Assembly (NCBI GenBank): GCA_002502365.1
Contig: DAOJ01000081.1
Location: 562-57,045, forward strand
Reading direction: 5' to 3'
From: Euryarchaeota archaeon UBA106
GTDB taxonomy: Archaea; Thermoplasmatota; Poseidoniia; Poseidoniales; Thalassarchaeaceae
DNA length: 56,484 nucleotides
Shown here: piece after piece, positions 56,366 through 56,484 of the stretch
How the letters are laid out: every line of letters begins with the position of its first letter
Position numbering within the stretch: the stretch's first letter is position 1
The notes under the pieces: model-generated
Seen by the model: the letters and a program-made list of their open reading frames with translations, nothing else
What the model was told of the DNA's origin: nothing
The model's database searches: none
Position numbers and translations under genes: made by a program

Positions 56366-56484
56366 ATGTCGTCGTAAACGGCGACTCAATGTGGCCTACA
56401 CTCAAGCAGGGTAGCACTGCTAAGTTTGAGAGAATCGACTCAAACTTAGTGGCAGTAGGGCAAATAGTATTGTTAGATCATCCA
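56347..56484 (+). CDS. sodX: SodX-like S26/S24 signal-peptidase-family protease (Ni-SOD maturation), 3' end off the window
   Basis: Absent from the ORF track because there is no stop in the window. My translation: MDSRFLNVVVNGDSMWPTLKQGSTAKFERIDSNLVAVGQIVLLDHP, with the GDSMxPTL nucleophile motif. It overlaps the sodN end by 19 nt. Confidence 0.7.
   Translation, partial: MDSRFLNVVVNGDSMWPTLKQGSTAKFERIDSNLVAVGQIVLLDHP

Overview
This is a gene-dense chromosomal segment of an archaeon. Archaeal information-processing markers (Orc1/Cdc6, Dph2, ribosomal protein L10e/uL16, NMD3, exosome Csl4, archaeal-type Hpt, bifunctional PGI/PMI) are interleaved with bacterial-type modules: GyrB-GyrA, MutS-MutL, RmuC, SufCBD, a CcmABCD-like heme exporter, and Ni-SOD plus SodX. 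This mix, together with three giant membrane-anchored ectoproteins (1374, 1600 and 1720 aa, about a quarter of the window), suggests a marine planktonic euryarchaeon of the Thermoplasmatota / Marine Group II-III type. That assignment is inference only. I call 45 protein-coding genes. Two are partial at the window edges and absent from the ORF track, and two are small ORFs below its size cutoff. I also call one tRNA-Ser(GCU) and a set of short perfect intergenic hairpins or palindromes. I see no rRNA, CRISPR array, transposase, integrase or prophage. The most noteworthy observations are: (1) exosome cap subunit Csl4 fused to a CxxC-x17-CxxC knuckle, a textbook RRM and an RG tail; (2) a shared acidic + PPPxP motif in the cytoplasmic tails of all three otherwise unrelated giant ectoproteins; (3) a rhomboid protease co-oriented with a giant TM-anchored subtilase, both ending in cytoplasmic zinc ribbons; (4) a 1720-aa protein combining RCC1 repeats, about 21 ephrin-receptor-like Cys repeats, a PPC domain and TSP3-type Ca repeats; (5) a sodN-sodX Ni-SOD pair with a Gly-variant Ni-hook; (6) an isolated Ccm heme-export module; (7) a 19-bp palindrome in the divergent suf / nifU-dtxR promoter; (8) a Tmk-like kinase with an unknown 240-aa extension and a membrane-embedded Smr protein. 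All family assignments come from motif recognition by eye. No HMM or BLAST search was run.
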